A DNA stretch of 64,000 nucleotides from the NCBI GenBank assembly GCA_038321985.1, contig JBBQFN010000001.1:32001-96000 (forward strand). Reading direction: 5' to 3'. Under the pieces are notes generated by a model. That model saw only the letters and a list, made by a program, of their open reading frames with translations, did no database searches and was not told the DNA's origin. Shown here piece after piece: positions 62,701 through 64,000 of this stretch (position 1 is the stretch's first letter; each line of letters begins with the position of its first letter). Source of the DNA: Cyanophyceae cyanobacterium (lineage in GTDB: Bacteria > Cyanobacteriota > Cyanobacteriia > Cyanobacteriales > Laspinemataceae). Both the position numbers and the translations under genes were made by a program.

Positions 62701-62728
62701 AAGGGTTCAAAGATTGATTCACGTCCAT
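56732..62728 (-). CDS. 1998-aa TPR protein with three TPR + GT-B (GT9-like) modules and a C-terminal GT4-like glycosyltransferase
   Basis: Three EYEWRW..EQGLGD..QFIRY..GIVWA..SLQKG..LDL.ITVDT..AHLAGA..DWRW..SPWYPT.RLF units separated by TPRs; C-terminal GKLEYRKGQD and EGGTNLVAME. Confidence 0.92.
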   Translation of the reverse strand: MDVNQSLNPYSQFSVSQCLEMARQQCESSNFTAAQSLCQEILHREPGNIHALHLLGTIAAQQGDNLGAIDWYQQGLKVQPDVPELHYNLANILKLEGQESEAVAHYQEAISLRPHYTNARYNLGNLLLEVRRVPEAIAQYQQAVALKPGDVQIHTNLGNALKDVGELEAAIAHYRQAVAHCPEAAEFHYNLGVALHDSGDLAEAIACYDRAIAIEPHKVNFHWNRALSLLISGDYRRGFTEYEWRWQLGDRKPRPFTQPLWDGSPLTGHTILLHSEQGLGDTLQFIRYIPLVAAEGVRVILECYPPLFPLLEHLQGVDQLVVRDQPLPAFDVHAPLMSLPRILGTTLDKIPSETPYLMHPPHPSRLGLQEQSQQALVKSGLLPTMTSNRINSKLFQIGIVWAANSDNPTAIKRSCPLSYFLQLLESLQTTDIKFYSLQKGSLELNSINPPIPIKDLSPQLNHFGDTAQFMAELDLVITVDTAVAHLAGALGKPAWVLLPFAPDWRWLLNRVDSPWYPTVRLFRQNKPGDWQSVFEGVKQALIEELGLTESPVKIPQEVSSQIAQGIAAHQGGNLTKAERLYRQVLEANPYHPIALTNWGMLLKTQGKCAEAITCYQKALPYAPQEVGLHYNLGNALWEVGKCEAAIAHFQRVIVLQPNHVEGYNNLGMVWQELGRIEEVIAHFERAVALDPNYAKGYNNLGLALQDMGRVFEAIACYETALRLEPDYSEAHNNRGIALLIQGDLRQGFREYEWRWRVKAAPDLPNIPAPFWDGSDLQGKTILLHAEQGLGDCIQFIRYAALLAQRGGRVVALVTEPLVSLFESVPGIARVSAFRSKLGPIDVWIPLLSLPHILGTTLATLPANIPYLSPTRLAPVRLDAPGLKVGIVWAGNPEHKGDRTRSCPLRYFLPLLEIPGVKWYSLQKGKEESRIRQENLPIEDLAPKLRDVADTAAIIAQLDLVITVDTSVAHLAGALGKPVWVALSYAPDWRWMRDRSDSPWYPTMRLFRQQERGDWQGVFDRVAESLAEVLAARVVFPEPPTNSPDFALARQEYEAGNYGAAQRRCRVLLRHYPNQVQGWQLLGAIAHQGGKINTAVGYYKQAIVADSRHLPAYINLGAALRSLGKTSEAISYLAQAIAVDPQSLPAHYNLGNALFDEGNFQAAVAHYRQVLALDSHHSQAHYHLGNALYKLGNFGEAIAHIQQAIALEPTHTEAHNTLGNLLLQEGRIAEAIACFQQALTLDSQYIAAHINLGTAFQEQHKTETAIATYHHALQIQPDFPDTHFNLAMSLLISGDLPGGFAEYEWRWRVKGHPALPTFEVPIWEGADLTGKTLLLYAEQGLGDTLQFIRYATLIVQRGIRAVAWVSPPLVRVLETIPAIDSVSSSLADLGPFDSWVPVMSLPRIFRTTLTTIPAEIPYITPPHPLQFSLKSHQLKVGIVWAGNPNHKSDRKRSCQLSDFQKFLTVPGVQFYSLQKGKTAETLPQNNFPIEDLGPQLNDFADTATAVAQLDLIITVDTSIAHLAGAMGKPTWLLLAYTPDWRWLLDRSDSPWYPTMHLFRHTQPGDWQEVGDRIAIALRDRVNSRSIPPLAMRNLPEPVPTVPKPTQNPLRLGIAWPLNQMTGWGIYGTNLTLQLQKNPGYQPMLLLPPDTTGVVNPLVRSQLQPACDRYQSLEQLRSKNPGKPIWCDFPVLHALGNNFTSLATNQQLGGKQNIGLIFFEDTHFTPEKRNRANEYTLIVAGSTWNAEVLKSQGVARVQALPQGIDPTLFHPAPHSNLFGDRFVIFSGGKLEYRKGQDIVIAAFKAFQQRHPEALLLTAWHNFWPQFMLGLDSKGHVKGLPQVGTDKGLKIGEWLIANGLNADSFIDIGAIPNYLMPQIIREADCALFTNRCEGGTNLVAMETMACGIPAILSANTGHLDLIDPSHCYPLTMQNSVQSTPHFTGVEGWGESDIEEIVETLEILYQNRERAQQRGRAAAQFMQKWTWENQVYRLLNVLSEIL

Positions 62729-62765
62729 TGTTTAACGGTAATCGGGGGAAGGGGACAACCAGAAC

Positions 62766-63749
62766 TTATGCCAACAGACAAGCCACGGGAAACATGATAT
62801 ATTCTAAGAAAAAAAGTTTCCAAATAAATTGATAACAAGCCGCGATCGCCACCTTGTCTTCTAAATCCACATCGCGACTGCGCCACCATAACCCTAGCAA
62901 TGCTACTCCATGGGCGATCGCCAAGACTATCGGGTTGACTTGAGGCACCCATAAAAACGCGCCTACACTGGTGACAAGATAACAGCCCACTATTACCCAT
63001 CGTGCTAACTCAAAGACGGTCCTCGCCCCTAAACGCAGGGTCAAGGTGCTAATTTGATAGCGCCGATCGCCTTCTATATCGGGAATATCTTTAAAAATGG
63101 CGATCGCAAACGTAAACCCCAATACAAATAAAGTTAGCGCCCATACCGAGGGCGGAATCATCAAACTGCCATCCCCCTGCATCACCCTTTGATAATGTAA
63201 AAATAAGCCTAAATTAACAATAATGCCGCGCACGGTAAAAATGCAAAAAGAAGCCCAAAATGGAAAGCGTTTAAGGCGGATTGGCGGCAATGAGTAAGCC
63301 GTTCCTAACATCAAACTAATTCCCACGGTTGCCAACAACCACGGTCCTTGAATCCCCGCTAACCCTACGGCTAAAAGTCCGGTAATCCCGACAATAACTT
63401 GCCCTTGTTTGCGGGAAAATTCTCCCGAAGCTACCGGCAAATCCGGCTTATTAATTTGGTCAATTTCAATATCTTCCAGTTGGTTCAGTCCGACAATATA
63501 AACATTCCCACACAAACAGGTAAACCAGGTTCCCAATAAGGGCAACAGAGTTTTAACCGTGAGGGACTCCCCAGAGAATGCTAACGCGATCGCAAATAAT
63601 CCGATGGCACTCAAACTGGTCCCGATAATCGTATGAGGACGACTAAATTTCCAGAATGAATAAAGCCAGGGGGCATACTTTTGGACCCTATTCGGAGGAG
63701 AAGATTGAGGCACCACCGGGGGAGAGGGAGAGGGAGAAAGTTGACTCAT
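62766..63749 (-). CDS. hpt: homogentisate phytyltransferase (UbiA family)
   Basis: KFSRPHTIIGT, NQLEDIEIDQINKP, KDIPDIEGD and YQFIWKLFFLEY motifs; likely start MSQLS at 63749. Confidence 0.93.
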   Translation of the reverse strand: MSQLSPSPSPPVVPQSSPPNRVQKYAPWLYSFWKFSRPHTIIGTSLSAIGLFAIALAFSGESLTVKTLLPLLGTWFTCLCGNVYIVGLNQLEDIEIDQINKPDLPVASGEFSRKQGQVIVGITGLLAVGLAGIQGPWLLATVGISLMLGTAYSLPPIRLKRFPFWASFCIFTVRGIIVNLGLFLHYQRVMQGDGSLMIPPSVWALTLFVLGFTFAIAIFKDIPDIEGDRRYQISTLTLRLGARTVFELARWVIVGCYLVTSVGAFLWVPQVNPIVLAIAHGVALLGLWWRSRDVDLEDKVAIAACYQFIWKLFFLEYIMFPVACLLA

Positions 63750-63797
63750 AATCTCACTAAAATTACACTCTAACAACCACAAAAAACAGAAATAAAT

Positions 63798-64000
63798 TTA
63801 GGATTTCGTTCCACAAACCAACCCATAGCGAATTAACCCTTGCTGATATCCATCGCGCATGAGTCCGAGAGCAAACGCCCCTTGAATGGTTTGCCAACCG
63901 GAGAATAATAATCGGAGTAGAACCGCAGGGTCAAAGGCAGAATCAATGACTAAATCCCAAAACGGGGCCACCGCTTCGGACCAATCGGCAACCTGAATCC
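63798..64000 (-). CDS. gamma-tocopherol methyltransferase (VTE4-like), 3' end only; not in the ORF track
   Basis: Hand translation gives ADWSEAVAPFWDLVIDSAFDP..ALGLMRDGYQQGLIRYGLVCGTKS*; directly upstream of hpt. Confidence 0.82.
   Translation of the reverse strand, partial: IQVADWSEAVAPFWDLVIDSAFDPAVLLRLLFSGWQTIQGAFALGLMRDGYQQGLIRYGLVCGTKS

Overview
A 64-kb window from a filamentous cyanobacterium. The HIP1 octamer GCGATCGC occurs throughout, and the gene content and short palindromic repeats look Oscillatoriales-like. Most genes are housekeeping: minD/minE, atpD/atpC, CP12, cruA, TRAP dctQ/dctM, mpg, pyrB, moaE, an ECF sigma/anti-sigma pair, ilvA, sbcD, cysH, murE, tldD, coaE, cobA-hemD and the tocopherol genes hpt and gamma-TMT. 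Envelope and accessory modules sit among them. The best-supported non-coding element is a glutamine (glnA-type) riboswitch with a perfect NtcA box upstream of gifB (IF17). Candidate novelties: (1) a convergent pair of histidine kinases with complementary defects, one with an intact ATP-binding domain but H-to-Q at the phospho-site, the other with the phospho-His but degenerate ATP-binding boxes; (2) an outer-membrane beta-barrel plus a secreted Pro/Thr-rich protein carrying three TNQSDSTG motifs; (3) a COP23 x2 / small CxxC ORF / trypsin protease / SLH-porin / secreted-protein cluster, with a frameshift in the second COP23; (4) an anti-sigma factor with its N-terminal domain triplicated at an exact 276-nt period; (5) a bacterial protein with tandem Tudor-knot-like domains; (6) pyrB and a lipoprotein gene sharing one CATG as divergent start codons; (7) an MNT antitoxin with a truncated HEPN toxin beside a palindromic repeat family, inside a glycosylation locus encoding a 1998-aa TPR/glycosyltransferase. 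No CRISPR array, rRNA, tRNA or intact transposase was seen. All family assignments come from motif recognition by eye; no database searches were run.
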